Source: an uncultured Collinsella sp. (lineage in GTDB: Bacteria; Actinomycetota; Coriobacteriia; Coriobacteriales; Coriobacteriaceae). Taken from it: a stretch of 64,000 nt of DNA. Position 1 is the stretch's first letter. Each line of letters starts with the position of its first letter. The translations under genes were made by a program, and so were the position numbers. This document shows, piece after piece, positions 10,633 through 20,506 of the stretch. The notes beneath the pieces were generated by a model. That model was not told the origin of the DNA, did not search any database, and saw only the letters and a program-made list of their open reading frames with translations. The stretch is taken from the NCBI GenBank assembly GCA_958365315.1, contig CATWXC010000005.1, positions 77,892 through 141,891 on the forward strand, in the 5' to 3' direction.

Positions 10633-11403
10633 ATGATCAAAGCCGCGTTTTTCGATATCGACGGTACGCTGCTGAGCTTTAAGACCCACCGGATTCCGGC
10701 GTCGGCGCAGCAGGTGCTCGACAGCTTTCGCGAGCAGGGGATCGCATGCGTGATCGCCACGGGTCGCCCGACCTACCAGATGCCCGATTGGCTGTTCGAT
10801 CTTGGTTGGGATGCGTACATTACGCTTTCGGGCCAGCACTGCTTTGATGCCAAGGGCGTCTACCGTAGTTGCCCGATTGATCCGGACGACGTTGCGGTGA
10901 TCGTGGACCAGGTGGCGCAGGGGCGCTATGACTCGCTGTGCATGCAGGGCGAGAACTCGTTTGTGAACCGCCTGTCCGAGCGCGTGGTGACGGCCGGCAG
11001 CAACGCGGGAATCGTCTACCACGAGGAGCCGTTTGAGCATGCCTTCGATGCGCCGGTTTACCAGTTCTGCGCCTTTGTGGATCCGGCTGACGAGCATATT
11101 GTGACCGATGCGGTGTCGCATTCGCTCACTACGCGCTGGTGCGATCTGTTCTGCGACATTATTCCGGCCAACGGCGGCAAGGACCTGGGCGTGGCGGCGA
11201 CGCTGAAGCGCCTGGGCATCGACGCGAGCGAGGCGATTGCCTTTGGCGACGGCGAGAACGACCTGTCGATGTTTGCCGCCGTGGGCACGAGCGTGGCCAT
11301 GGGCAACGCACAGGACACGGTGAAGGCCGCGGCGACCTACGTTACGACCGCCGTGGACGATGACGGTATCTACAACGCCGCCAAGCACTTTGGGCTGCTA
11401 TAG
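10633..11403 (+). CDS. Cof-type HAD-IIB hydrolase
   Basis: FFDIDGTL, ATGR and FGDGENDLSM motifs. Confidence 0.9.
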   Translation: MIKAAFFDIDGTLLSFKTHRIPASAQQVLDSFREQGIACVIATGRPTYQMPDWLFDLGWDAYITLSGQHCFDAKGVYRSCPIDPDDVAVIVDQVAQGRYDSLCMQGENSFVNRLSERVVTAGSNAGIVYHEEPFEHAFDAPVYQFCAFVDPADEHIVTDAVSHSLTTRWCDLFCDIIPANGGKDLGVAATLKRLGIDASEAIAFGDGENDLSMFAAVGTSVAMGNAQDTVKAAATYVTTAVDDDGIYNAAKHFGLL

Positions 11404-11412
11404 CTGAGGATT

Positions 11413-11476
11413 CGGCACTTAGGGACGTTCCTTTTCTGCCGGCAGCTGGGGACACTCCTTGCGGGGCGTGTCCCCA
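11413..11476. repeat. REP-like element, family B (GGGACGTTC/GGGGACACTC)
   Basis: Related copies at 37951-38063, 50777-50824 and 57662-57705. Confidence 0.8.
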
Positions 11477-11500
11477 TGTTGTGTTCGCCTGGCGCGTTTT

Positions 11501-11589
11501 GTGAAACACGGTTAACTTTTTAAACAACGTAGTAAGACATGGGCACCTTTTGCGGTAAAGTAAGCCAAGGAAAGTATCCAAAGGCTAAC
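11501..11589. promoter_or_regulatory. Three imperfect 16-bp palindromes, candidate DtxR/MntR autoregulatory boxes
   Basis: GTGAAACACGGTTAAC 11501, GTAAGACATGGGCACC 11532, GTATCCAAAGGCTAAC 11574. Confidence 0.4.
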
Positions 11590-11614
11590 TAACAATCATC
11601 GCGAAAGGCGGCCC

Positions 11615-12004
11615 ATGGCCCTGCGTGAATCCGGAGAAGACTATCTCGAATCGATCTACGTGCTGTCGCAGCACCAAGGCACGGTACGCTCAATCGACGT
11701 CGCCGAATACTTGGGTGTGACCAAGGCAAGCGTCTCCAAGGCCATGGCGACCCTGGAGAGCAACGGCTACGTGGAGATGGGCAAACGCGATGTGCATCTG
11801 ACGGAACGCGGTCTTGAGGTTGCCCGTCAAATGTGGGAGCGCCATTGCTTTTTTGTGGGGCTACTAGAGGATGCCGGCGTTGCGCCCGAGGTTGCCTCGC
11901 AAGAGGGCTGCCACATGGAGCATTGCCTGAGCGAGGAGAGCTTCGAGAAGCTAAGGTCGATGCTGGGACGGGAAGATGTAGCGGGTCCAACAACAGAAGC
12001 CTAA
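11615..12004 (+). CDS. DtxR/MntR-family metal-dependent repressor
   Basis: EDYLESIY, VRSIDVAEYLGVTKASVS HTH, ERH and EGCHMEH metal ligands. Confidence 0.9.
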   Translation: MALRESGEDYLESIYVLSQHQGTVRSIDVAEYLGVTKASVSKAMATLESNGYVEMGKRDVHLTERGLEVARQMWERHCFFVGLLEDAGVAPEVASQEGCHMEHCLSEESFEKLRSMLGREDVAGPTTEA

Positions 12005-12166
12005 CTGACCCACAGTAGCGCGGAGTTCACGCAAAGCGCGAACCAGCGACCGGGACCAGCGGCCCTTTCGGCCAAGTCCATTTCAGCAAAGGAACCCCGC
12101 CAGCAAGCGATGCCCAAGAACTGCCAGCTACGTCACCGCAGGCCGGGGCCGGACAGCCCACGAACG

Positions 12167-14119
12167 CTACAGGTTCTTGACACCCATCGCGCGCATGGCG
12201 TTCAGAATGGCGATGATCGCCACGCCCACGTCGCCAAAGACGGCAAGCCACATATTGGCGATACCCAGTGCCGCAAGCACCAGAATCAGCAGCTTAATAC
12301 CCAGCGCAAAGATGATGTTCTGCCAAACAATCGACATGGTCTTGCGTGCTACGCGGATCGCACGGGAGATGTTGGACGGCTTGTCATCCATGAGCACCAC
12401 GTCGGCGGCCTCAATCGCGGCATCGGACCCCATGGCGCCCATGGCAATGCCCACATCGGCGCGGGTGAGCACAGGCGCATCGTTGATGCCGTCGCCGACA
12501 AAGGCGAGCTTGCCCTTGCCGCTTTCGGCCGCGAGCAGCGCTTCAACACGCTCGACCTTGTCGCCCGGCAGCAGTTGCGCATGGAACTCGTCGAGGCCGA
12601 GCTGCTTGGCCACCGCGGCAGCCACTTCCTCGCGGTCGCCCGTGAGCATGACGGTGCGCTTGACGCCGGCGGCATGTAGGTCGCGAATCGTCTGCTCGGC
12701 GTCGGCCTTAACGGTGTCCGCAATCACGATGTGGCCGGCGTACACGCCGTCAACGAGCACATGCAGAATCGTTCCGACGACCTCGCAATCGGGCGCTTCG
12801 ACTCCGGTCGCGGCGAGCATCTTGGCGTTGCCGACGACGACATGCTTGCCGTCGATGGTCGCCGTTACGCCGTGACCCGCATCATTAGCGGAATCCGTCA
12901 CGCGCTTGGGGTCGACCTCGCCCTGGTAGGCGACGCGCACGGACTGCGCGATGGGGTGATCGGAGAACGACTCCGCAAGGGCTGCGACCTCGAGCAACGA
13001 CTGCTCGGTATAGCCAGCCTCGGGGTGCACCGCGACCACCGAGAACGTGCCGTTGGTGAGGGTGCCCGTCTTGTCAAAGACGACGGTGTCCACGTCGGCG
13101 AGCGTCTCGAGGTAGTTGGAGCCCTTGATGAGAACGCCCAGCTTGGACGCGCCGCCGATGCCGCCAAAGAAACTGAGCGGCACGCTGATCACGAGTGCGC
13201 ACGGGCAGCTGACGACCAGGAAGGTCAGGCCGCGCAGAATCCAGTCGGACCAGGCACCGGTGACCAGACCGCCGCCAAGAGCGAGCGCCGCGGCCGAGCC
13301 GGTGACGGCGGGGGTGTAGACGCGGGCGAAGCGTGTGATGAAGTTCTCGGTGCGCGCCTTCTTTTCGCTGGCATTCTCCACGAGCTCCAGGACGCGCGCG
13401 ACGGTGGACTCGCCAAACGGCTTGGTGGTGCGCACGTGGATGAGGCCCGTCATGTTGATGCAGCCGCTGATGATATCGTCGCCGGACTTGGCGGGGCGGG
13501 GGACTGACTCGCCCGTGAGCGCGGCGGTGTCGAGCTGGGTTTCGCCCTCGACGATGACGCCGTCGATAGGCACGCGCTCGCCTGGCTTGACCACGATCAC
13601 GGTGCCGACGGCGATGTCATCGGGAAAGACCTGTTCGAGTGTGCCGTCGGCTTGCTCGACGTTAGCGTAGTCGGGCGCGATGTCCATCATGGCACTGATC
13701 GACTTGCGGCTCTTGCCCACGGCGTATGCCTGGAACAGCTCGCCGACCTGGTAGAACAGCATGACGGCGGCGCCTTCGGCCATGTGCGGGTCGGTATCGG
13801 GGAAAAGCACCATGGCAAACGCGCCGATAGTCGCGACGGCCATGAGGAAGCTCTCGTCGAAGGCCTTGCCGTGGCGGATGTTATTGAATGCCTTTTGCAG
13901 TACGTCGTAGCCGGCAATCAAAAATGGCACGAGGAACAGCACGAAGCTGGCGTAGATGTCGCCCGGGGTGCCGAATGCGGCGGCGAGGGTGCCGAGCTCA
14001 TCGAGGGCGTACACCACGGCAAAAATGCCCAGCGCTACCAGGATGCGGTTGCGCTTATGCTCGAGTGACTCTTTTTTCTTGCGCTTCTTCTTTTTCTTCT
14101 TGGGGTCGGCGGTGGCCAT
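12167..14119 (-). CDS. Heavy-metal P1B-type ATPase (CadA/ZntA-like)
   Basis: TGES, SCPCAL, DKTGTLT, HP and GDGINDAP motifs; Lys-rich N-terminus with no fused HMA domain. Confidence 0.92.
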   Translation of the reverse strand: MATADPKKKKKKRKKKESLEHKRNRILVALGIFAVVYALDELGTLAAAFGTPGDIYASFVLFLVPFLIAGYDVLQKAFNNIRHGKAFDESFLMAVATIGAFAMVLFPDTDPHMAEGAAVMLFYQVGELFQAYAVGKSRKSISAMMDIAPDYANVEQADGTLEQVFPDDIAVGTVIVVKPGERVPIDGVIVEGETQLDTAALTGESVPRPAKSGDDIISGCINMTGLIHVRTTKPFGESTVARVLELVENASEKKARTENFITRFARVYTPAVTGSAAALALGGGLVTGAWSDWILRGLTFLVVSCPCALVISVPLSFFGGIGGASKLGVLIKGSNYLETLADVDTVVFDKTGTLTNGTFSVVAVHPEAGYTEQSLLEVAALAESFSDHPIAQSVRVAYQGEVDPKRVTDSANDAGHGVTATIDGKHVVVGNAKMLAATGVEAPDCEVVGTILHVLVDGVYAGHIVIADTVKADAEQTIRDLHAAGVKRTVMLTGDREEVAAAVAKQLGLDEFHAQLLPGDKVERVEALLAAESGKGKLAFVGDGINDAPVLTRADVGIAMGAMGSDAAIEAADVVLMDDKPSNISRAIRVARKTMSIVWQNIIFALGIKLLILVLAALGIANMWLAVFGDVGVAIIAILNAMRAMGVKNL

Positions 14120-14141
14120 GACTCGTATCCTCCCATTTGAA

Positions 14142-14164
14142 TGTATGAACACTCACTCATATAA
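14142..14164. promoter_or_regulatory. ArsR/SmtB-type operator upstream of the ATPase
   Basis: TGTATGAACACTCACTCATATAA resembles the boxes at 14881-14937. Confidence 0.7.
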
Positions 14165-14220
14165 TTTCGCGTGCAAAGGCCGCGTCAAGCGCGGCCTTTG
14201 CAGGTTGGCGTAAACCTGGG

Positions 14221-14439
14221 CTAGAGAATGATCTCGCAGTCCGGCTCGGCGTCGGCGGTGAACTCCACGACACGGTCGAGGACCTCGTCGAACTCGGTGT
14301 CATCGGCCTCGAGCGTCAGCTTCTGGGTCATAAAGTTGACGGACACGGATTTGACGCCCTCGAGCTTGGCCAGCTCGTCTTGAAGCTCGCGTGCGCAGTT
14401 GGCGCAGTCGATCTCGTCGAGTTTAAACTGCTTTTTCAT
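14221..14439 (-). CDS. Stand-alone HMA-domain protein
   Basis: IDCANCA metal motif; 72 aa. Confidence 0.88.
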   Translation of the reverse strand: MKKQFKLDEIDCANCARELQDELAKLEGVKSVSVNFMTQKLTLEADDTEFDEVLDRVVEFTADAEPDCEIIL

Positions 14440-14501
14440 GGTGGGTTCCTTTCCCTGTTTTGCGGCTTGGGTGCAGGCCGCGCTGGTACCGTGGTTGGTT
14501 G

Positions 14502-14867
14502 CTATTCGCAGATATGGCTCATGCCCTGGTTGAGCATGGTGTAGACGTGATCGTCGGCAAGCGAGTAGAGGATGTTGCGGCCGTCGCGGCGGAACTTGAC
14601 CAGGTGCGACTGCTTAAGCGTGCGCAGCTGGTGCGATACTGCCGATTGCGAGGTCGCGGTCGCCTCGGCGATGTCGGCCACGCAGAGCTCGCGGCCCATG
14701 AGGGCATAGAGAATCTTGATGCGCGTGGTGTCGCTGAAGACCTTGAACAGGTCAGCGAGGTCGTAGAGAAGCTCCTCGTCGGGAAGGTCCTCGGGCGAGC
14801 AGGTGGTGGGGATCACGGGTTCGGTGGCCTCGATGTCGGGTTTCGTTTCATCATCGCGGATGCTCAT
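14502..14867 (-). CDS. ArsR/SmtB (CadC/CzrA-like) repressor
   Basis: FKVFSDTTRIKIL, ELCVAD, SQSAVSHQL and DDHV motifs. Confidence 0.92.
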   Translation of the reverse strand: MSIRDDETKPDIEATEPVIPTTCSPEDLPDEELLYDLADLFKVFSDTTRIKILYALMGRELCVADIAEATATSQSAVSHQLRTLKQSHLVKFRRDGRNILYSLADDHVYTMLNQGMSHICE

Positions 14868-14880
14868 TGCAATATCCTTT

Positions 14881-14937
14881 CATATGAACATGCGCTCATA
14901 TAACTTATTTCCGATTATATGAGCGCATGTTCATATG
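14881..14937. promoter_or_regulatory. Paired ArsR/SmtB operators
   Basis: CATATGAACATGCGCTCATATAA (14881-14903) and its exact reverse complement (14915-14937); each is itself an imperfect palindrome. Confidence 0.8.
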
Positions 14938-15018
14938 TCAATACAATTTGCGATAATTTCGATGACTGCTTGCTGTCTCTGCGATTTTCTGTGGGTTAGG
15001 ATGCATCGACACAATGCT

Positions 15019-15236
15019 CGCCAACATATTTCGAGATGTTCGGCCAGCATGCTAAGAAAGCCGCCTCGAGAAGCATTAGAGCTGTTCATATTTGTACTTT
15101 ATCTTGTTAAATACCGTGAGAATCAGTTCTTTCTCTACGGGAGTTCCTGCAGAATCAGTTTTATCTAAAGTTATATTGAGCATTGCTGCAGCCAATCAGG
15201 CAAATCGGTGGCCGAATAAGTCGAAAAATGTAGGTG
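15019..15236. repeat. Inverted-arm element downstream of nuclease gene A
   Basis: CGCCAACATATTTCGAGATGTTCGGCCA (15019-15046) / TGGCCGAATAAGTCGAAAAATGTAGGTG (15209-15236). Confidence 0.85.
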
Positions 15237-15256
15237 GACATCCGTAGAGACCGCCT

Positions 15257-16465
15257 TTAGAAGAGCGAATTCTCAATTAGATCAATAATCGCGTCGTCTT
15301 CCGCGCGGTTTTCATCGATTTTTGCGGACATTTCGCATTCCCATGGCCCATTGATTTCTTCAGCAAGGGCCCCAACGTGTTGCATGTCATCGGGTTCGGG
15401 CACATCGTTGATGCTCGGGTCATCAGCTTGCGGATATTGACTTGCAATTTCGCGCTTGGTGGCCTCTTCTTCTTTGAGTGCCTCCAGGACGCGGCGACCG
15501 TATTCGAAGTAGCGCCGCAAGACAAATTGACGAAGAGTTTCTTGCAGGATGGCGAAGTTATCCGGTAGCCGACCGGGCCAGATCTTCTCGCGAATGCGAA
15601 TCGCTTCCATGACTCGTCTAAAAGCGGACTGCTTGAAAAACGAATGACGACTAACTGTGATAACGGCATATCCCATGTTTCGCAGCGTGTTTCGGCGTTC
15701 CTCGTCAATTGATTGCTGCTCGGGCTCGTCGTGGTAAAAGCCGTTGTATTCGATATCGGTCATCGAATTTTCGAGCAGCGCGTCGAGGTAGAAAACCGTC
15801 CGTCGCGTTAGGGCGGCGTATCTTTTGGGGACTGGGATCGGATAATCCGTTTTGATAGCGCGTATGGCTAAGCCACCCATTGACTTGGGCATTGTCAGCA
15901 TCATGACAAACGCCGTTTCGAGTGGGGAACGACAGCCTTCGCGTACATAAGAAAGTGCTTTAAGGGCTTTATTGGATCCACGATACCCCGATGCCTCTGA
16001 AAAGAAGGCTCTGAGCTCTTCAACGCTGGTTAGGGCTGGGCGCTCGCGATATTGAGTTTCGTCGGACGTTTCAAGCGCGTAGGAGCCGCAGATTTCAAAG
16101 TAATACTCAACGAGCTCAGTAAGGTTGAGGTCGGCTGTTGCTTCTAACGCGCACAGCTTGATATCGACGATGTAGACGTTCGGCTCGAGTTCTAGGTAGC
16201 TTTCTGCATCAAACGTATAGCGCGAGCAGTGGCAGATGCAGCCCTTGCGGTGCCTATTTGCATTATTGGAAAACGTCAGCACATGGATGCTTTCAGAATC
16301 GACATTCTTTCTGTTGAGCCATGCTCGCGCCGCTTCCAGGTCGGACGTGGTCGGCGCAGACACCCTGATCTTTTCCATAGGTAAGGGATCGATCGCGTAG
16401 CTTGCGAGCGAGTTGGCTGTTTGGTATACAGCGCGTGCCGTGGTATGTGATAGAACGATTCCCAT
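15257..16465 (-). CDS. AbiEi-like/DUF559(Vsr)-like putative nuclease A
   Basis: EICGSY, RGSNKALKAL, RSPLET, GGL, YLDALL..DIEYNGFYH and DEERRNTLRNMGYAVITV motifs; lower GC than flanks. Confidence 0.7.
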   Translation of the reverse strand: MGIVLSHTTARAVYQTANSLASYAIDPLPMEKIRVSAPTTSDLEAARAWLNRKNVDSESIHVLTFSNNANRHRKGCICHCSRYTFDAESYLELEPNVYIVDIKLCALEATADLNLTELVEYYFEICGSYALETSDETQYRERPALTSVEELRAFFSEASGYRGSNKALKALSYVREGCRSPLETAFVMMLTMPKSMGGLAIRAIKTDYPIPVPKRYAALTRRTVFYLDALLENSMTDIEYNGFYHDEPEQQSIDEERRNTLRNMGYAVITVSRHSFFKQSAFRRVMEAIRIREKIWPGRLPDNFAILQETLRQFVLRRYFEYGRRVLEALKEEEATKREIASQYPQADDPSINDVPEPDDMQHVGALAEEINGPWECEMSAKIDENRAEDDAIIDLIENSLF

Positions 16466-16679
16466 ACGCGCATGATGGCATAGCGGACGCCACATTCGCC
16501 CGAAACTTCGGGTAACGGTATTGGGGCGCGGCTTATCTTCTGCAAACGGTGGGCTTTTGAGCTCTCGTATCGAGGGAGCAGCTTCGGCTGGGGAGGTTTC
16601 TGCCAGCTGCGCCTTTTTTGGTGAACTTTAGTTGCGAATTCGTAGCCTCTAAGCGTTTTTGCTGACCGTCCAGATGCCT

Positions 16680-16867
16680 CACCAACATAATTTGAGTTAT
16701 TCGGCCTTATCCTAAATGAATGGTGCGATCGCAACGTCTTATTCGAATTGATTCAGGTAGATTAATGGGGCTTGGTTGCGAAATTAAGGCGACTACAGCG
16801 CTCGATTGCGGTTCGAGGGGCCTTGACTAGTGGTTCAGCTGGCCGAACAACTCGAAAAATGTAGGTG
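16680..16867. repeat. Inverted-arm element upstream of nuclease gene A, same arm family as 15019-15236
   Basis: CACCAACATAATTTGAGTTATTCGGCC / GGCCGAACAACTCGAAAAATGTAGGTG (22/27 complementary); CAGGTAGA in the spacer. Confidence 0.85.
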
Positions 16868-16918
16868 GGCCAACCAGTCGACTGTGTGAAGCACGCGTAT
16901 TTGCTCGTTTTGATGAAA

Positions 16919-16950
16919 ACTAGGGTGCAGCCATAAGGCTGCGCCCTAGT
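16919..16950. terminator. Hairpin after the exonuclease gene
   Basis: ACTAGGGTGCAGCC-ATAA-GGCTGCGCCCTAGT. Confidence 0.6.
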
Positions 16951-17017
16951 TTACTGCGTGCCGGTGCGCCCAGACGGATTGTGCTGTGCCTGGCGGGCGC
17001 TCCCGCAGGTGGATCGG

Positions 17018-17986
17018 TTATTTCGCAAACAGGTTCTTGAGGTTGAATTCGGCCTGGACGGTACGGAGCATGAGATCGGTGTCGTCGAGGCCCAGGTGCT
17101 GCTCGTTGGCGTCGGCGGCGAGGGTGCCACGGCGGCGCGCCCAGTTCTCGAGCGCAGCGGGCGCGGACTCGCGGGGGAGCGAGCGCACGTCGGCGTCCAG
17201 GCTGCGGCAAATCTGGCGCGAGTCGATGACGATGATCTTGCCTGCGCGGCGTGCCTCGGCGTAACCGTCCAGATGAATTTTGAACCAGCTGTCCTCGAAG
17301 GCGGCGTTGTGCGCCATATAGGGATACTTCTTCATGAGCTTGAGCAGCTGCTTCTGCAACTCCTTGTTCTCGCGGAACGGCTTTTTGCCGTCGATGTCGT
17401 CCCAGGTGATGTGATGGATGTTCGATAGCGGCACATCCTCGCCGCGGTAGATGTCGGGCAGGCCGCAGTAGTGCGCCTCGGCGTCATGCGGCACGGCGTC
17501 GCTGGTGAGATCCATAATCTCCCAGCCCACGTTGATGATGTAGCCGCGCTCGGGCGCGCGACCGGTGGTCTCGATGTCGATGCCCAGCACCGTGCCTTGG
17601 ATGGGCTTGCGGGCATAGGCCACGCCGAGTGCGTCGCGGTCACCGCGGATCTCGCGCATAACGGACGCGGCGGTGCGCTTTTGCATCTTGCCGATGGCGG
17701 CGCAGGTGTCGGCGTCGGACAGACCGCGCGAGAGCGTCGCGGGCGTCACGTTGCGCAGGCGCGCCTCGCCAATCTGGTCGCACAGGTCGCGGTTGCGGTC
17801 GGCCAGGTCGCGCACAGTGGCAAAGTCAAAGCCGGGGTCGCCCTCGGCGGTAAAGTACTCGGTCTCGAGCACCTTGAGGGCCTCCTCGCCCTTCTGACGC
17901 TCAGATTCCATGGCGCCGTGGTCGCCGTAGATAAACATGGGGATAAACGGCTGGCGCTCGTATTCGAGTGCTTGCGAAACATTCAT
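17018..17986 (-). CDS. DEDDh 3'-5' exonuclease (DnaQ-like)
   Basis: IDIETTG, AHNAAFED and HLGLDDT motifs. Confidence 0.85.
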   Translation of the reverse strand: MNVSQALEYERQPFIPMFIYGDHGAMESERQKGEEALKVLETEYFTAEGDPGFDFATVRDLADRNRDLCDQIGEARLRNVTPATLSRGLSDADTCAAIGKMQKRTAASVMREIRGDRDALGVAYARKPIQGTVLGIDIETTGRAPERGYIINVGWEIMDLTSDAVPHDAEAHYCGLPDIYRGEDVPLSNIHHITWDDIDGKKPFRENKELQKQLLKLMKKYPYMAHNAAFEDSWFKIHLDGYAEARRAGKIIVIDSRQICRSLDADVRSLPRESAPAALENWARRRGTLAADANEQHLGLDDTDLMLRTVQAEFNLKNLFAK

Positions 17987-18157
17987 ATGCTGCTCCTTGG
18001 ACGGGCCGCGTTGCGCGGCTCGGGGTTACTGAGTTGTGGCGTGATGATAGTTTACCATGGGCAACTATTGGCACCGCGCCCGGGACAACTACAATACCCT
18101 AGTTGACCGCTAGGACTTTTACAATGCTGCCGAAAGACACGAAAGGTTCCATCCGTC

Positions 18158-19252
18158 ATGGATTTACTGATTGATATTCTGCTCGACGCCGGTAAGGACA
18201 CGCTGTCGTTGGTGCCGTTTTTGTTGGTGACGTATCTTGCCCTCGAGACGCTTGAGCACGTTGCGGGCGATCGCGTCAACGGCGCTATCAAGCGCGCCGG
18301 CGCCGCGGGTCCGGTTGTCGGATCGTTGTTGGGCATGGTGCCACAGTGCGGGTTTTCGGCCATGGCAGCAACACTGTACGCCGGCCGTGTCGTGACGCTG
18401 GGCACACTGGTTGCGGTTTTCCTCTCGACCTCAGACGAGATGCTGCCGTTGTTGCTTGCCGAGCAAGTTCCCGTACAGACCATGGCGATGCTTTTGGCTT
18501 CGAAGGCGCTGATCGCGCTGGTCACGGGCTTTATCGTGGATGCGGCTATCCGCGGCCTTCGTCGTAATGCCCGCGCGCATGCGGCGATTCGCCGTACCGT
18601 ACTGGGGACCGCTGCCAATCCGGCTCATGTGAACTGCGCCCACGACGACCATACCGGGGGCGACATCATTGACGAGGTGGCCGAGGCGGGCGTGAGCGCC
18701 GATCACATCCATGAGCTGTGTGAGCGCGACCATTGTGGTTGTGACGAGGATGAGGACGAGCGCGGACATGGGCACGGTCACGAACACAGCCACGACCATG
18801 GTCACGCGGACGAGCACGAGCACCACCACGGCCACAGCCACTCCCACGAGGGCGCGCCCGTTCTGTCGATCATCCGCAGCGCGATCTCGCACACCGTGCA
18901 GGTGTCGGTATTTATTTTCCTGGTGACGCTGATTCTGGTCGCCGTGCTCGAGACCTTTGGCGAGTCCGCAATCGAGCAGTTCCTGCGCGGCAACGAAACG
19001 CTCGCCGTCCTGGGCTCGGCGCTTGTCGGTCTGATCCCCAACTGCTCTGCTAGCGTCGTTATTACGCAGTTGTACCTCGAAGGTGCGCTGCAGCTGGCGC
19101 CGATGCTCGCCGGCACGCTCATTTCCGCCGGCGTGGGCTACCTGGTCCTGTTCCGCACGAACCGCAGCGCTCGCGAAAATGCCGTGTTCCTGGTCATGAT
19201 GTACGTCATCGGCGCCAGCTGGGGCCTCATCCTATCCGCCTTCGGCCTCTAA
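18158..19252 (+). CDS. Putative manganese/metal transporter with a His-rich loop
   Basis: PQCGFS, STSDE and IPNCSAS motifs; central GHGHGHEHSHDHGH..HHHGHSHSH. Confidence 0.75.
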   Translation: MDLLIDILLDAGKDTLSLVPFLLVTYLALETLEHVAGDRVNGAIKRAGAAGPVVGSLLGMVPQCGFSAMAATLYAGRVVTLGTLVAVFLSTSDEMLPLLLAEQVPVQTMAMLLASKALIALVTGFIVDAAIRGLRRNARAHAAIRRTVLGTAANPAHVNCAHDDHTGGDIIDEVAEAGVSADHIHELCERDHCGCDEDEDERGHGHGHEHSHDHGHADEHEHHHGHSHSHEGAPVLSIIRSAISHTVQVSVFIFLVTLILVAVLETFGESAIEQFLRGNETLAVLGSALVGLIPNCSASVVITQLYLEGALQLAPMLAGTLISAGVGYLVLFRTNRSARENAVFLVMMYVIGASWGLILSAFGL

Positions 19253-19263
19253 GTAGGCCTAGC

Positions 19264-19418
19264 AAAACGGGCTTCAAAATAGCCATGCTCGGCGCCTGCG
19301 CAGTGCGGCGACGCATGGCATTTTGAAGCCCGTTTTTTTGTTAAGCCATGGACCCTGAGCGTCCACACCGCCCAAAACAAAAAGGCAGATTTTTAGGCAT
19401 GTCCCAAAAATCTGCCTT
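19264..19418. repeat. Two intergenic hairpins between convergent genes
   Basis: AAAACGGGCTTCAAAAT..ATTTTGAAGCCCGTTTT and AAGGCAGATTTTT-AGGCATGTCCC-AAAAATCTGCCTT (GGGAC core on the minus strand). Confidence 0.7.
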
Positions 19419-19420
19419 GG

Positions 19421-19903
19421 TTAGTGCAGCAGCTCGGTGAGGTTGCGTTTAAAGCGGGCTCGGTCCTCGCTGGTGAAGGCTGCCGGCCCGCGGGTGCGTC
19501 CCCCGGCGCGGCGAACCTTCTTTTCCTCGTGGCGAATAAACAGCTGCATGTCGATGGTCGCCTTATCGTAGACGCGTCCGCGCACGCCGATGGCGGCGGC
19601 ATCGCGTCCGAGCACCATACTCGCCAGGCCTATGTCTTGTGTCACGACCACGTCGCCAGCCTGCAGGCGCTCGATAATGGCAAAGTCGGCGCTATCGGCT
19701 CCCACGCTCACATCGAGCGTCGTGACCCAAAAGCCCCGACGCGCGTGCTCGGCGTCGCGCGGATCGTCGCGGCGAATGTGGCGTTCCAGGTTCTGCGTGC
19801 TGTTGCCGGCGATAACGACGGCGACGCCCGCCCTCCGCGCGCAGTCGATCGACTCGCGCGTGACCGGGCAGGCGTCGGCATCAATAAAAAGCGTCTTTGG
19901 CAT
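19421..19903 (-). CDS. YaiI/YqxD (DUF188) PIN-like protein
   Basis: IDADACPV, DSADFAI and VVTQDIGLA motifs. Confidence 0.88.
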   Translation of the reverse strand: MPKTLFIDADACPVTRESIDCARRAGVAVVIAGNSTQNLERHIRRDDPRDAEHARRGFWVTTLDVSVGADSADFAIIERLQAGDVVVTQDIGLASMVLGRDAAAIGVRGRVYDKATIDMQLFIRHEEKKVRRAGGRTRGPAAFTSEDRARFKRNLTELLH

Positions 19904-20506
19904 CTAGCGCACCAGTTTGCCAAATTGAATGGCGCGAACAATCAGCGTCACGCCAAACACCAGCAGCGCGGCACCGCTAAAGATGACTAGCATCTTGGCC
20001 GACCACAGCGGATAGATAAACACGAACATGCCCGCGATGATGGAGAGTGCGCCGCTCAGGATGGCGAGGGCGCGGTTGGCGGAAAGCTCGGATTCCAGAA
20101 TCGACATGACGCCCTCGACGATCCAGCCAAAGCCGGCGACGACCACTACAAGCGTGGTGAGTGTCGCGGTCGAGAAGGCCTGGTTGCGCAGGATTATGAC
20201 GCCGCCCAGAATGATGAGCAGGTTGGAGATGATGCTCGTAACGCGCCAGCCGGTGGGCAGCAGCGGCTCGAAAACAGCGGTAAACAGCCTGATTGCGGCC
20301 GTGATCACAAAGTAGAAGCCCAAGACGGTCGTCAGGAAGACGAGGGACTTGGCGGGCGCAAACAGCAGTGCGATGCCGGCGACGAGCGCCAAGACGCCCG
20401 TGATGGCGTAAATCCAGCGCACGGCCTTGACGGCCTTGCCTGCCATGCTTTTCTCGTCAAATCCAAACGCGCTCGATTGCTTGCCATCGTTCTTAAAGAT
20501 GCCCAT
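19904..20506 (-). CDS. HdeD/DUF308-family membrane protein
   Basis: About six TM helices in a repeated pattern; AAAGGAG RBS. Confidence 0.75.
   Translation of the reverse strand: MGIFKNDGKQSSAFGFDEKSMAGKAVKAVRWIYAITGVLALVAGIALLFAPAKSLVFLTTVLGFYFVITAAIRLFTAVFEPLLPTGWRVTSIISNLLIILGGVIILRNQAFSTATLTTLVVVVAGFGWIVEGVMSILESELSANRALAILSGALSIIAGMFVFIYPLWSAKMLVIFSGAALLVFGVTLIVRAIQFGKLVR

Noticed and set aside
12005..12170. Possible structured element between the DtxR and ATPase genes
   Set aside because: Only short end complementarity and no second copy in the window.
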